NCBI GenBank assembly: GCA_904063045.1
Contig: CAJFCJ010000080.1
Coordinates: 1 to 58,044, forward strand
Length of the DNA stretch: 58,044 bases
Direction: 5' to 3'
Origin: Dimorphilus gyrociliatus
Lineage: Eukaryota; Animalia; Annelida
A program made the position numbers and the translations under genes. This document shows, one piece after another, positions 33,116-45,441 of this stretch (position 1 is the first letter of the stretch; each line of letters starts with the position of its first letter). Under the pieces are notes generated by a model. The model saw only the letters and a program-made list of their open reading frames with translations, made no database searches and was not told the DNA's origin.

Positions 33116-33319
33116 GGAACAGACAGAAAACATCCCAAAGTGAGGTTTTTGAAAGCAACATTTCAGATTGAAAAATGGTTAGAAGGAGTAAAGCAGCTAT
33201 TGATTTATAGTTAGGGGGCTTCTGTCTAACCTTTAGGAGTAGTCAAAAAGGTTAGAGAGAGACAAAGACCAGGTTAGAGTTAGGTAACCATGCATTTAGG
33301 CTTGTTTTCTGTTGTATCC
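33116..33319. mobile_element. MULE-type MITE with 9-bp TSD
   Basis: Imperfect TIRs GG..ACAGAAAACA; flanks TATAGTAAG / TATAGTTAG. Confidence 0.7.
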
Positions 33320-33439
33320 TATAGTTAGTGCTCAACTCCATGATTATATTATGTTTCAATCCTAAAGAACAATGAGATAAGTCAGAATATTCCCTTAAGC
33401 TAAACTTTAATGTTAGCTTATGGTTGACCTTAAGATTTT

Positions 33440-33610
33440 GTCATTATAAAAGATTTATCAGGAATTCGTGCACAAGTTACAAAGCCATTAAGGGAAGTAT
33501 TAAAAGTTGATTAGAAAAGTGAAAAACTACATGGACAAGAGATGCAGAAGAAGGTCATCAAACAATGACAGATTGGACTACTTAACTACCAATAATACAA
33601 TATTTTAGAA
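33440..33610 (+). pseudogene. Degraded Gypsy pol fragments (RT end joined to an integrase piece)
   Basis: YKRFIRN..QVTKPLREVLK, WTRDAEE, then TDWTT.LPIIQ, similar to the integrase at 23140-23170. Confidence 0.45.
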
Positions 33611-34238
33611 CAGAATACATTTTTTCTTTTATTTCATATCCTTCATTTACACTTTATAGATAACATCAAAGTAGGTCATACTTTGTAATGAGAAACTGTC
33701 TGTAGTTTACAAGTTTTTCAAAGATTGCTGACTCTAATACAGTTGATAATAAATATCCTGGTGGCATTACACTTATGACGAGTCCTGGATATTGGTCTTT
33801 GTTACTAATTTAATCTTTTTTTAGAAATCTATTGTGTGAAGAGTTCAGAATGTGGAATGAAAATGTTTACATTAAACAATGATAGATATGATCAATTGAT
33901 GGACTTGTCTATAGCAAATTTTGTAGATCTTCCATTAGTTATATATTATATCTGGTACTGCTCCTGTTTCGCCAATTTATGCCCTGGTACTTTGTGCTAT
34001 TGCTGATTTTTTCTCCTTGAAATATAAAGCAGCTTCTGATAGAGATTGCTAGAAAGAGGACAAACCACTCAACAACAAAGGGAGGAGAATGGTATAACAA
34101 TTGTTTTCTAATCAATGTCCTATCAGTGAAGAATAATTCTATATCTGCAACACTTAAAAAATGAAAGTTATGAATGAATCATTTATTATTTAAGTATATA
34201 AGGAGTAACTATTTGAATATTTCATTTAAATAATAAAA

Positions 34239-37236
34239 ATGACCTACAGAGGAAGAATAATATTTTTTTTACCAATAATTTTCTTTAAAGGTTTGTGTTT
34301 GTTACAAAAAACAATTAGACAAGTTGAGGATGAAGATTTATTTATAATAATATTAACAAGCAATCTCTTTTTTACAGTTACATTAAGTTGCTTGAATGGT
34401 TGGACAGAGTTTAATGAATTTTGCTATTTGTTGTCACATGATGAGACTCATTGGCTTGCAGCAGAAGATGCTTGTAACGAGTTTGGTGGAAATTTAATGA
34501 GTATCCTAAATAAAGAGGAAAATGACTTTACTAATAGACTTTTAAGAGTTAGAGATTGTTGAAATTTAAGTATTATGAATGAAATCACTGATTTTTTCCA
34601 GAATGAAAATCAGTATGGAAAAAAATTCTATATTGGACTTAACAAATTGCACAAAAGAGATTATGAGTTGCTATTAAATAAATAGGGCAAAAATTCCCAA
34701 TTAAATTATTACTTTTAACAAACAGGTGGTCTGATGGTTCACCTCTAAATTATACAAGATATACAAGTAGCCCTTTTCATTTTTGTGGTGCATTTGTAAA
34801 ACACAGTCAGAATAAAAAACAATTTTTTAACAAAATAACAAATAGCATTTTCAGAGTCCTACTGGTCTCTAACAAATTGTGGAGAAAAGGAAAAATACAT
34901 TTGTAAAGTAAAGAAAGGAGTTACACCTTCTCCTAAACCAACTTCAGTAACTCCAGTTCCCACAGGCCATTGTCCCTTAGGCTGGTTAGAATCCTTAAAA
35001 AAATGCTTCAAAATATACTTCTTGGATGAAATAAATGGGCTATCATTCATTGAAGTAAGAAATAGGTGTATGTCTTTGAATGTAATGTCTAATCTGGCAA
35101 CAATCAATAGTCAGGAGGAAAATTCTTTTATTGTCTCAAAAACGATTAATACACAATATGGAAATGGGTTATGGTTCGGCTTGCTCAGAGATGATAAACA
35201 TTCACCTTGGCTCTGGACTGACAATTCTCCAAAAACAGTAAATGACTACAATAATTTTTATACAAGATACCCAAAAGAAGTATGTATTTAAAACTAGTAG
35301 CTGTTTTAATAATAATTTTAACACTCTATAGAACAATGCTTACCTGTCTACTCATGCAGATGCTTTTAGATCAGGGAAATGGATGGCAGATACCTATTCC
35401 ACAAATAAGAAGGGCTATGTGTGTAGTATGAGCAAACGTATGTATATACGATTTATCTGGGAAGGAGGGGACAAATCTCCCTTAAAAGTAAAATTATAGG
35501 ACTATGTTTTCCTGGGGTATTTTTAGAGTTGGGAGGATAGAAATCACATATTTCTTAAGTTTAATAAATCATCTCTATTCAGGTAACATTGATTTCATAT
35601 CCACAACTCCACTAAAGAAAACAATATGTCAGAAAGGAGAATTTCTTGGAGATGGTTGTTATAGGACACAAAATGAAAAGAAAACCTGGAAAGAGGCTTT
35701 AAATTCTTGCAAAAATCAAATATAATATTTCATTTTGTTTTTGTATTGAAATTCAAATTGAATCTTTCTTTAAACAGAAAATGAATATGGCTTCTATTCA
35801 TTCTCCTGAATTGAATGAAGGATTGTGTTATCATGTGATGAATACAGAAAACTACTATTGGATTGGAATGAATAGGTTTAATGATACAGATGCATTTAAA
35901 TGGAGTGATCATTCTACAGTTGTTTTTACAAAGTGGATGGAATTTCCCAAAAATGATAAGAATTGTGCTGCTATTTCATCAAAAGGGTTATGGCATGGAT
36001 TTCCTTGTAATACACAGTTGGAAAGTATTTGTAAAATACTGTATGGCTCTGCACTTACAACTCCTTCACAAGTTAGCGGACTATGTCCAAGTCCAACTAA
36101 AGGAGAGTGGATCAGTCATGGTAGCTATTGCTACATATTTTCAAAAGATACAGCATTCACAGCTCAAGAAGCACTACAGAAATGTATTAGAAAAAGTTCT
36201 GCTAATGCCAGACTGGTTAGTATTCAAGATTTTTCAGAACAAGTTTGGCTAACTTTTATGCTGAGGAGGATAGAACAGCACAGTACTCACTGGATAGGTC
36301 TGACTCGTCAATCACCTGATCATTCATTCACCTGGATGGATGACAGTCCTGTCACTTTTGAATATTGGAAAAAATATGACACTAGTGCTGGAAATTGTGT
36401 TGTCCTTTCTGTTCAAGATAGTGAAAAAGCAACTGGTTTCTGGAGTAAAAGATTATGCTCAAATTCAAACAAACTTCCACCAAAATACATATGTAAAGTT
36501 CCAAAAATTCCATTGCCAAGTACTCCTGCCCCAGTTAAAGGAAAATGTCCTCCACAACTTTCGAATAATGATGTTTGGGAATTATTTGGAAATAAATGCT
36601 TTCTATTTCGAAGAGGCCAATTTGCAGATTATCAACAAGCAGCACAAGTTTGTAGTAGAGTAAATGGAACCTTAGCAGAGATTAGATCATTTGACGAAAA
36701 TTTCTTTATGGAAGAATATGCCAAAAAGCATTTCCCTTCTTTTATGAAAGGTTTATGGATTGGTTTAAGCAAAACAAATACTAGTAATTACATTTGGCAA
36801 AATGGACATAAACTAGATTATGAATATTGGTATAATTTGGATGACAAGAAGGGAAACTGTGTTTCATTGAATACATCTCTAAATGGTCACTGGACAAGTC
36901 ATAGTTGCTATAGAAACTACCTTCCCTTTGTATGCCAAGCAGATATGATCAAAGGTATATATATATATCCTCTTTATTTATTTTGATTGAAAAAACACAC
37001 AATTCTTTTCCTATTTATCTATAAAAACAGATTCTTCTGGTAGGACAATTGGTGCAAAGGTAGGACTTGGTCTAGGTATAGCAATTGCACTTTGCGTTCT
37101 TATTGGAATATTTGGTGGTGCAATTTATAAATGGCAAAGTTCCAGAGAACCACCAACGAAAACATTTCACAATAGAGGAAGCAGTTTTGCTAGTACAAAT
37201 GAAGTGTCCAAATATTTCAAGGAAACAACTGCATAG
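34239..37236 (+). CDS. Multi-exon C-type lectin membrane receptor (about five CTLDs, TM, short tail; mannose-receptor-like)
   Basis: Signal exon, GT-AG introns (for example 34291-34377), repeated CY...W..A...C...L.SI...E...WIGL...W..G..C motifs, TM VGLGLGIAIALCVLIGIFGGAIY, stop at 37234-37236. Confidence 0.88.
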
Positions 37237-37572
37237 AATAATATAAAAAAAGATGTATATTATCACTATTTTACAATACTCTTAATTTTATAAGCATTTT
37301 TTTATATTTGTTTTTTGACCTAAACCATTTTCTTCTATTAGTTTAGAGCTAAAGGTATGTGATATGTCATGTGATGGATGATAAGTTATGAAATGAACCT
37401 TAAGTATGACCAAGAAGGTCTGTGTTAGGCCACATGTTATTGTATTTCCTTGCATCAGTTTGTAGTAAGTTATGTATAATAGTAGTATAGAATAAGAATA
37501 GAATAGAACGAAAGTTGTACAACTTCCCCCTTCTTTGTGAAGATGAGTCTCTTCAACTTGGTTTGAGTAGGA

Positions 37573-39850
37573 TCACAGGAGGTGGCTCCTGTTTCTCAGA
37601 TTAGCAATTTCCAGCTCTGGTTCAGACAGTTGATTATTGATCTTTAACTGCATTGATTTTGCAGATACAGTGTGAAATTGGCATCCTTTTTCAGAATAAT
37701 AAACATACATTTTGTCTTTCATTGTTTGAGTTCTTACAGGGCTCAGAGGGCTATGAGTTGTTTTGTAGAAAAGCTTCTTTGTTTTGCAGTCATTATAGGT
37801 AATTTGTTCCAAATTAACTTGCTGTAGAACATGAGTAACAGGTTCTACCTGAAAGAGAAGGTTATTCATTGCAACAATTAAGAATTGGGAACATTTGTTA
37901 TCCTTCTGTATTATTGCTAAGTCACAAACTACTTCTGTGGAAGCTATTGGTGAGCATTGCTTAACTATTGCTAGTTCTCCCATTTGACTACTGTGCATAC
38001 CCAACTGGTCTGTCAATACAGTGGTCAGCTGAGGGTCCAGGTTTGCAAGTAATGCAATCATTCTACTTCGTTGTATCAATTGATTGCATAGTAGTCCTGA
38101 TAATTGCTCAGTGAACTGTTTCAAATTCTTAAAATTAGAGTCAATTCCCTGTAGCAAAGCAGATGTTTGGGCAGCTTCTCTTATTTGAAGTGGGAATTTA
38201 TAGTGGGACTTTTTTTACTCCTCTTAGTCTTGCTTCTTTCTTCATCTGTTTTTTTGCAATTCTCATTTGTAAAGCATAGTAGCTTCCTTCCTGACTGAGT
38301 GTAAACTCCCTTGCCCTTGGTCCTCTGTACCATACACCTATTGTAGGTAATATTTTCCTTTTAATTCTTTTCTCACTATACACAAACTTTGAAATTGTCA
38401 CTGACTGTCTTGCTGCCCTTGTCCAGTTTACTGCTTTTAACATTTCTTCAATATAGTAGTTATCTAACTCCCAATGTGATGGACTAATAGGTTGCTGCAA
38501 GTGATAGGTCACAATTTCTCTCAATTTACCCTTAGCTCTCATTAATTTATACTTTGTGTTAGTTTCTCTATACCATTCATTAAGGCTGGGTAAAAGATTG
38601 CTACATTTATATAATGTGAGTTGTTCTTTTACTTTATTGGGATAGTTTAATAATCATTTTTCTTCAATTTCTCCAATCCTATGATAGTGTAATGCTTGGT
38701 ATAGGTGTTCACTGGCTGTTTCCAATATCAGATTCCTTTCTTCTAATGGCACTAGTACTTTGGTTCCAGGGCCACCAATACCATCAATGAATTTGTCATG
38801 GTAAGGGATGTCTAGAATAGAATACCCTGGGCAAGAATAGTGACCAGCAAATTTTATACAGCTAACTTGGTTACCAATTTTCTTCCATGGTGATTGTTGT
38901 CCAATAGTATAATTGTTTTTAAGGTTTCTTAAGACAATAATAGCTTCTTCTGTTTCACAGTATGACTGCCCTGGAAGACAGTCTTCCAGGTAGTCAAGAT
39001 TGGTAGTAATTTTCATATTTGGAGGCTGCCAATATGCTTTTCCAAACTGAATGATGGTGGTATATTCTAGGACTTCTGTAGTTGTTGGCCATGAATATGC
39101 TTCTGGGAATTTATCTCTGTGGATCCAAGTGTTGCTTTTAACAGTTAAGGCTTTTCCTTGGAAAGATTTTTTGTCTTTAACCATCTGTCTGCAATGTTCA
39201 GGTGTTAGTTTGATAATTGAATCAACAATTCTCCTCTTCTTTGCTCCAAAGAAATAATATGTGTAAAAGTTAGTTGTAAGATACACTTTACATTTTACTG
39301 CCCTTGTTTCAATTTCATGTAACTTCAATTCATAGATGTCAGCTGTTATTGTTTTTGTTTGCTGAGCTTCTATGCTACAAACAGGTTCCTCTGCTAGATC
39401 AAATGCCTGAGTAGGTAGTTGATTAGAACAGAAATATAAGGGTGGCTTAAATGTTAAAGTTATGTTTGCACTTGTAACAGCAGCACCTTGGTACAATGAT
39501 TTTGGGACAGTGCTTGGACTACTGCAGTTGAAAATCATTGTAAGTATCAACCATAATGGTAACAATGACATTGGTTTCCTGCTAGTTTGTCTTATATTGG
39601 TTCTTGTTTCATCATCAGAAGTTTCTTGTTTTGATTCAACTGCTACAGTTATTCCATCTTCCAATTCTATGGATTGGGTCTTCATTTCCATTTCTTCAGG
39701 GCTACTTCCAGTCTCATCTGTTACTGAATCTATAGTAATAATTGACTCACTATCTGAAATATTTGTAATTTCAGTCTCTTCTTTGGATGAATCAAAAAGA
39801 ATGATTGACTCATTGTCAGGACTAGTCAGGATACTTATTTCTTCTTGCAT
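37573..39850 (-). pseudogene. env: Third env paralogue (B) with an acidic leader; fragmented and lacking the TM anchor
   Basis: YTYYFFGAKK, YSWP, SPWKK, GHYSCPGY and LLCNQ...LANLDPQ...MGELAIVKQC align with env A/C; ends just before the PPT. Confidence 0.85.
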
Positions 39851-39889
39851 TGAATTTACAGCATAACTATCAGATTCTCAACATAGACT

Positions 39890-41513
39890 ACCTTCCTTCT
39901 TTCTTACAAAAACAATTGGTAAAGCCCAGTTACTCTTGCTTGGTTAAATAACTTTGCTTTTTACTAATTCAACTATTTGTTGCTTGCACTCTTCTTGTTT
40001 TTGAGGAGGCATTCTATATGGCTTTTGTCTATATGGGGTTGAACCTGGTTGCAAAGTAATTTCCAGGGCTGGAACATCCAGATTTTCAATGTCAAATCTG
40101 TCATCTGCAATAGTATCTTGATATTTTTCCAGAATTTTTGTGACTTTTAGTTCCAGCTCTGAATTTTCCTGTTCAACATTTGTCTGAAGAGTATGTATTT
40201 GACTCTCAGTTTTCTTTGTGCTGGAAGGAACTGGGTGAAGTCCTTTAAAGGATAAATGTTGAGTTCCAAGTGGATAATTCTTTTCTATAATTGACTGCAG
40301 TATAATCTGTCTTTTGTAAAAGTCAAGAGTTGCTCCAGTCTGTTGCAGAAAATTACAACCAATAATACACTTTTGTGTTATGGTTTTGTTCATTAGGAAG
40401 CTTTGCTTAATAATTTTTCCATTGATGTGTAGTTTTAAGATAATTTCGCCATATATTTCAATGCTGTTGCCTGAAGCATCTCTAGCATTTTTCACAGTTG
40501 GCTCTGGAAAGGATGCTTTTCCTTGAATTTGTTTTAATACTGTTTTTGAAATAAAAGACCTGTCACTACCAGAGTTTATTAAGGCATCAAATTTGAAGCC
40601 AGTATTAGTTTCAAATTGTCCAATAAAAGTTGAAGAATTTCTCTCAGTTTGTTTACTTTGTAAAAACTGACATATAGATTCTTCACTATCAGAAAAACAG
40701 AGAATATCTTGTACTTCATCATTTTCTGATGAACTGTCATTTTCCAGTGTTTCCAATTTTTGTAGCTTAGGTTCCTCCTTCAGGATCAACTTGGCTTGTT
40801 GATTTTTCTTATAATACCTATTCATAGGGGGTGCATACTTTTGGAATTTCTGGCTTTGCCACTTTTCTTTAGCAGCCTTCCTGTAGTCAGGTGGATGCTG
40901 TCTATTCCAAAAACTTGGGGTTTCTGTTGAAGCATCTTTGTTAATCACTTTGGTCTTTTTTTGTTCCTTTGTTTCCAACTTAGACACCATTGTGATTGAT
41001 TTTCTCTGGTTTAACTTTAATGAAATTTCTGCTTATTTAGCAGCATCATATAATTCTGCCAATGTTTGACATCTTGGATGCAGAGTGTTGACCAACTGCT
41101 GGGCCAGTTAAGTAATCTAAAAGATTTGCTTTCATACTATGTTCACCAACCCAACCTTAAGCATTGCATGCTTGATAAAAGTTTTCCTTGAATTTTGAAC
41201 ATTCCTTGCTACCATCATATAACCTGAGGATAGCTCTTTGAGGGCAGTCCCAAGCAGCTCTCAATGTTTGAATTAGGGTTGTAATATCCACATTGGGATT
41301 TTGTACTGGGTGAGGTGTTACATTTTCAGAGCCTGGAGGAATTGTAATATTATTTCTTTTCATTTCATATACCAATCTATCATAGTCCTCAATTAGTCTC
41401 TGTTGTCTTTCTGACATCCCTGCTGGTTGAATTGTGATTGTTGGAGTTGTTGGGTTAGAAGGATTAGAGTCTGTGACTGCTCCAGTGGTATTTCCATTAC
41501 CTCCTTCTGCCAT
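39890..41513 (-). pseudogene. gag: gag-protease-(RT stub), family B copy 2
   Basis: ORFs 41157-41513 and 39944-40990; protease motif reads LINSGS (catalytic Asp lost); same gag stop as the 18.3-kb copy. Confidence 0.85.
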
Positions 41514-42199
41514 ATTTCCTTTTCTTCCAAAAGTTTAAATAAACCAAATTAGAAAATCCTGTCGACTGCACCAAATTTGTACTGCTTTGGTCTTGCCAAT
41601 TTATGCATTTGCAACTTATAACAGTACTGGTTCTACTTGAACGTTTAAACAAAGTCTTTAAATTAAAGTGGTTTATTGAAAATAATACTTAAGCAAGTAA
41701 CAATATGAAAGTTCAATAGCAGAGTAAGTAGTGGGTAACAGTAGGTTGCCAAGTTGCCAAACTAGTGTCCAATGTTGAGGAAGTAGAAAGATTCCAGGTG
41801 ATCCTCCCAGGTTGAGGTTAGCCAATTGGAGTGAAGCAGTGAGGAGTTATATACTTGAAGACTATTCTCTAGTGTCCAATCACCACTTCACGACTGTCAA
41901 ACTGTCTAGTTTACATTTATCTTTAGTAACAGGATGTTACAAGGTTCAACATTTAGTAGGGCTAATTCAATTATTACTTGACCACACCTTGGCTAAACTA
42001 ATTAAATGGTATCTTGGTCACACCCTAGGCAAGCTAATTTAATTATAACTTGGCCAAAGCTTAATTGGTACTTAAGGATGAACCTTAAGTATGAAAAACC
42101 AATGTCTGTGTTAGGCCACATGTTATTGTATTCCCTTGCGTAGGTTTTAAGTAAGTTATAGATAATAGTATAAGAATAAAATAGAACGAAAGTTGTACA

Positions 42200-42672
42200 A
42201 CATCTTGAAATCCTAGGCTAGCACTCCTCAGGTGTGGTTTGCACTTCCTTCCCATCTCCTCCATAGCTTCACAGCCTTTGTTCCAAACAGTATTTTTGAA
42301 GTCATTCCATACTGGGGTGTCCTCACCATCAATTGGAGGATCTTCCTTAGGTATACTATTCTCAGTTTGACTCACTTTAGCAAAGGGGTTTACCCTGTAA
42401 GTAAAGGGACCCACATCTTTGTGTTTCACTAGTCTATGGAGAAAGGATGCTAACCCCTCCTTCCAATTCCTAGTGAGCCACTGTTTATTGGTGGATTTGT
42501 TACTGACACAAATGTATTTAAGACCCTTATTAAGGATCTTGATGACTGGATCAGGAACAATCCAATCTGAATAGTTTAAAACCAAACTATCTACATTACT
42601 ACCAGAATAACTAACATTGTTAACTAACAAATGAACTGACTTATTTACAAGGTTTTCAATAGATTGTGCCAA
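42200..42672 (-). CDS. N-terminal region of PLE ORF2 (RT), truncated by LTR insertion
   Basis: VLNYSD...PDPVIKILNKGLKYI resembles the PLE N-terminal L.KGL.F motif; GFQD also occurs at the start of the 11103 ORF. Confidence 0.7.
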
Positions 42673-42677
42673 GTTAT

Positions 42678-43655
42678 CTATTTTGGCAGAGGTTTTCCCC
42701 TTTCCTGATCTTTTAAATTCCTCCTGCCTGTCTTTTTAGAGTTGCCTGAGGAGGACTCTGAGAGAGATCTGACAGGTCTGCTGGTTGCTGCTTGTGACCT
42801 GGTCTGGATTTGCACTTTTTCCACTGCAGGGGTGGTATCCCCTTGATTTGTGGGTGGGGTGCTGTTTCCATTTCCAAGTCCAGCTACTGCACTCTTAAGC
42901 AGATCCATCATCTCTCCCTTAAATTTATTAAGTTCCTCTCCCAAGCTCTCTTTGACAATTTTCTGAACATCTACCACTGTCTGAGGAGGAGGTGTTGGAG
43001 TGGGTTGGGGGTTTGGTTGATTTGTGGAGGAAGAAACAGGAATGGTATGTTTACCTTTCCTTTTCTTGGCTTTTTTCTTCTTAGCCTTTCCACCCTCTTT
43101 TTTCTCCTCCTCTCCCCCTCCCTCCTGACTGCTCACTCTTCTCCTTTTCCTGGTAACTGGTATCTCAACATATGGAAGATTGAGCTCCTTTAGAATTTCC
43201 TTCCAAGTGTCTACCTGGAATCTATTCCTGAACCTCATCTTACAATATTTGAGAGCCAGTTCTATCAGGGTTTGTAACTCTCCCTCTATTGAGGATGAGA
43301 GAGCTTTCACAGAGTTGTGGGCAGTCTCACCTCTGACTTTGTACTCCTGCAGGAGCTGCTCCTTTATTGTATTGGCAAACTCTTTACCCTGTTGGACAAG
43401 AATTTCCTGTCTTTCCTTGGGTAAGGGCCCACCTGCAGGGTGGATGTCCTTGAGGAATCCATCAACCTTCCTTTGGAAGGGGTTTTCATTGGCCATACAT
43501 TTAGGATGATGTTTCATCCTGTATAGACCATATATGGAGTTAACCAGTTGTTTGTTTACTCCATTTAACTTGCCTTTATAGGTTTTGCTAGTGTTGCCAC
43601 TAGTACTTGGTTGGTTTTGGTTGGAGGCAGGGTTAGCATCACCACCCTCTGCCAT
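42678..43655 (-). CDS. PLE ORF1-like protein, 325 aa (helical core, Lys/Arg-rich and Pro-rich segments)
   Basis: Intact ORF between the pLTR and ORF2 (5-nt gap); acceptor CTGTAG 2 nt before the ATG. Confidence 0.7.
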   Translation of the reverse strand: MAEGGDANPASNQNQPSTSGNTSKTYKGKLNGVNKQLVNSIYGLYRMKHHPKCMANENPFQRKVDGFLKDIHPAGGPLPKERQEILVQQGKEFANTIKEQLLQEYKVRGETAHNSVKALSSSIEGELQTLIELALKYCKMRFRNRFQVDTWKEILKELNLPYVEIPVTRKRRRVSSQEGGGEEEKKEGGKAKKKKAKKRKGKHTIPVSSSTNQPNPQPTPTPPPQTVVDVQKIVKESLGEELNKFKGEMMDLLKSAVAGLGNGNSTPPTNQGDTTPAVEKVQIQTRSQAATSRPVRSLSESSSGNSKKTGRRNLKDQERGKPLPK

Positions 43656-43913
43656 GCCTACAGGTTCAGGCTGGGTTAGGTCTTGGGGTTAGGGATTAGC
43701 ACCACCAGTAAAGGCTGGTAATCCCCTTTCTTGTGCACACACTCTATAGGCAGTATAAGGCCAAGGGTTAGTGTGGCTATTAGGAACTACTATCTTAAGT
43801 AGCAGTTCCTAGCCTAAGCTATTCACTGTATCTCCAACAACACCAGATACAAATTCTCAACAAATGTGAAGAGAGCCTGTATCACAATTAACTATCTACT
43901 CACTAGTAAAACA

Positions 43914-43953
43914 CTCACTATATTTCGGAGGTATTCCTCCTTCTTCAGGTGAG
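43914..43953 (-). ncRNA. Minimal type I hammerhead ribozyme, intact core
   Basis: CTCAC-CTGAAGA-A-GGAGG-AATA-CCTCC-GAAA-TATA-GTGAG. Confidence 0.88.
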
Positions 43954-44004
43954 TTTAGGAAAAATGATATTAGTTTGCCACCAGACTGATCTTCTGGAAG
44001 GCCT

Positions 44005-44755
44005 GCAAACTTGAATATTTCACTGAATTAATTTATAAATTGATCAACTTTAATTGAAATTAATTTAATTGAATGACAAATATGCTTTTGCCATCAATTT
44101 TAGATTTTATTCATAAATTAGTAGTATTGTATACACAATCCTACTATACATAACATATATATTCATCAGATATCTTCCCTTCTTATATACTCATGCTAAA
44201 ATTATTTAAAACCAATTATTACTATTAGAGTAGTAACTAAAAACAGTCAAATATATAATCCTTGTGTTTTCTTGATTGTTGGACTTGTCCTATTAAAATT
44301 GTTACATCTTATGCAACTCTTCAACCTTCAAAATTCAACTATTATTTGGAAGAAGAAAACAATAAGAACATGACCATATTTAGAACTTTTCTTTGTCTTA
44401 AAATGTTACTTTTGTTTTTGTGAACATTGAAATTGGTCAACTATCAACTCTTAAAAGAGTATATAAACCCTACGAAATTAACAGTTGATAGTTCAGTTCT
44501 CTAACTGATAGCTAGTTGTTTAAACTTGCTTATTTAGAACTAGAAACTCATTTTTACTCAATACATATTCTTTGGACAAAATACTGGTATTTTGTTGATT
44601 AATTTCTACTGAAATTACATTTATTAAACTACTTGTGGATGAACTTGAAAGGTTCTATTTGGACCAGTACTTTGGTAAATTGGTAAATGATTGGAAAGGA
44701 CCAAATCAGTGGTGATGAACCAGAAATTCCTACAATTACTATACAACAAAGTACA
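44005..44755 (+). mobile_element. 5'-truncated LTR (family E)
   Basis: Colinear with 51650-52602; ends in CAACAAAGTACA. Confidence 0.8.
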
Positions 44756-45441
44756 GTAATAATATAAACAATCCTGTTCATCTTCACCATTAGGGCAATC
44801 ATTAACATTATCACAGACAGCAGAGACACTGATACAAAATTTATGTACATTACATTGGTACGTGAATTGGGGGCACTGGTAAAATGTACTTGAATTAATG
44901 TGATACTGGAATAGATGAAAGCCTATAAGTGCAAGAAAATATATTTGTCTGAAAATGAACACTCATAGATTAGTAAGAATGCCTATGCTTATAAACATCT
45001 GTGAAAACAATTGGAAAATATTTTGCAGAAACCAAATTATCATCCAATGTCTGTTGTAACCCCTACAAAACTCTAATTTATCCCAACTCCTTGTTCCCTA
45101 AAAATTCTGAAACAAACCATCTTCAATACTGTTATTCTAACTCTGCAATTTTCATGACCAGTTTTCCCATTCCCTTTAATCAGTATTTTCTTGCATAGGC
45201 GTTTTATTACAATTCCTTTCTTAACATTAATAGAGCAATCGTTTTCATTCGATATGCACAACAACGAATTGTTTTTAATCAATAACTCTTCATGCCATGT
45301 CTTTGGCTTATTTAGAAAGTAATTATTCTCTATGGTTAATTTTGGGAAAAAAGGATTTATAGCTAACAAAAACCACACTTTTGAAGGCATGCTGCATAAC
45401 TGTTTGTCACACACCAACCTGATAGTTCTCTTAGAGAACAT
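44756..45441 (-). pseudogene. LDLa-containing receptor fragment interrupted by LTR E
   Basis: CPQFTYQCNVHKFCISVSAVCDNVNDCPNGEDEQDC is an LDLa repeat; the reading runs into LTR sequence at 44755. Confidence 0.55.

Larger units (their letters stand above)
37394..42199 (-). mobile_element. Internally deleted Gypsy element (family B): 5' LTR 42199-41578, PBS 41573-41555, gag, PR, RT stub, acidic segment, env, PPT 37536-37522, partial 3' LTR
   Basis: LTR/PBS/PPT arrangement; gag-PR nearly identical to 17978-19599; no YXDD, RNase H or integrase between 39890 and env. Confidence 0.88.
42200..44005 (-). mobile_element. 5' half of a two-ORF Penelope-like element, interrupted at 42199 by the Gypsy LTR
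   Basis: pLTR with hammerhead (43953-43914), ORF1, then an ORF with the PLE N-terminal motif ILNKGLKY that breaks at GFQD. Confidence 0.75.
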
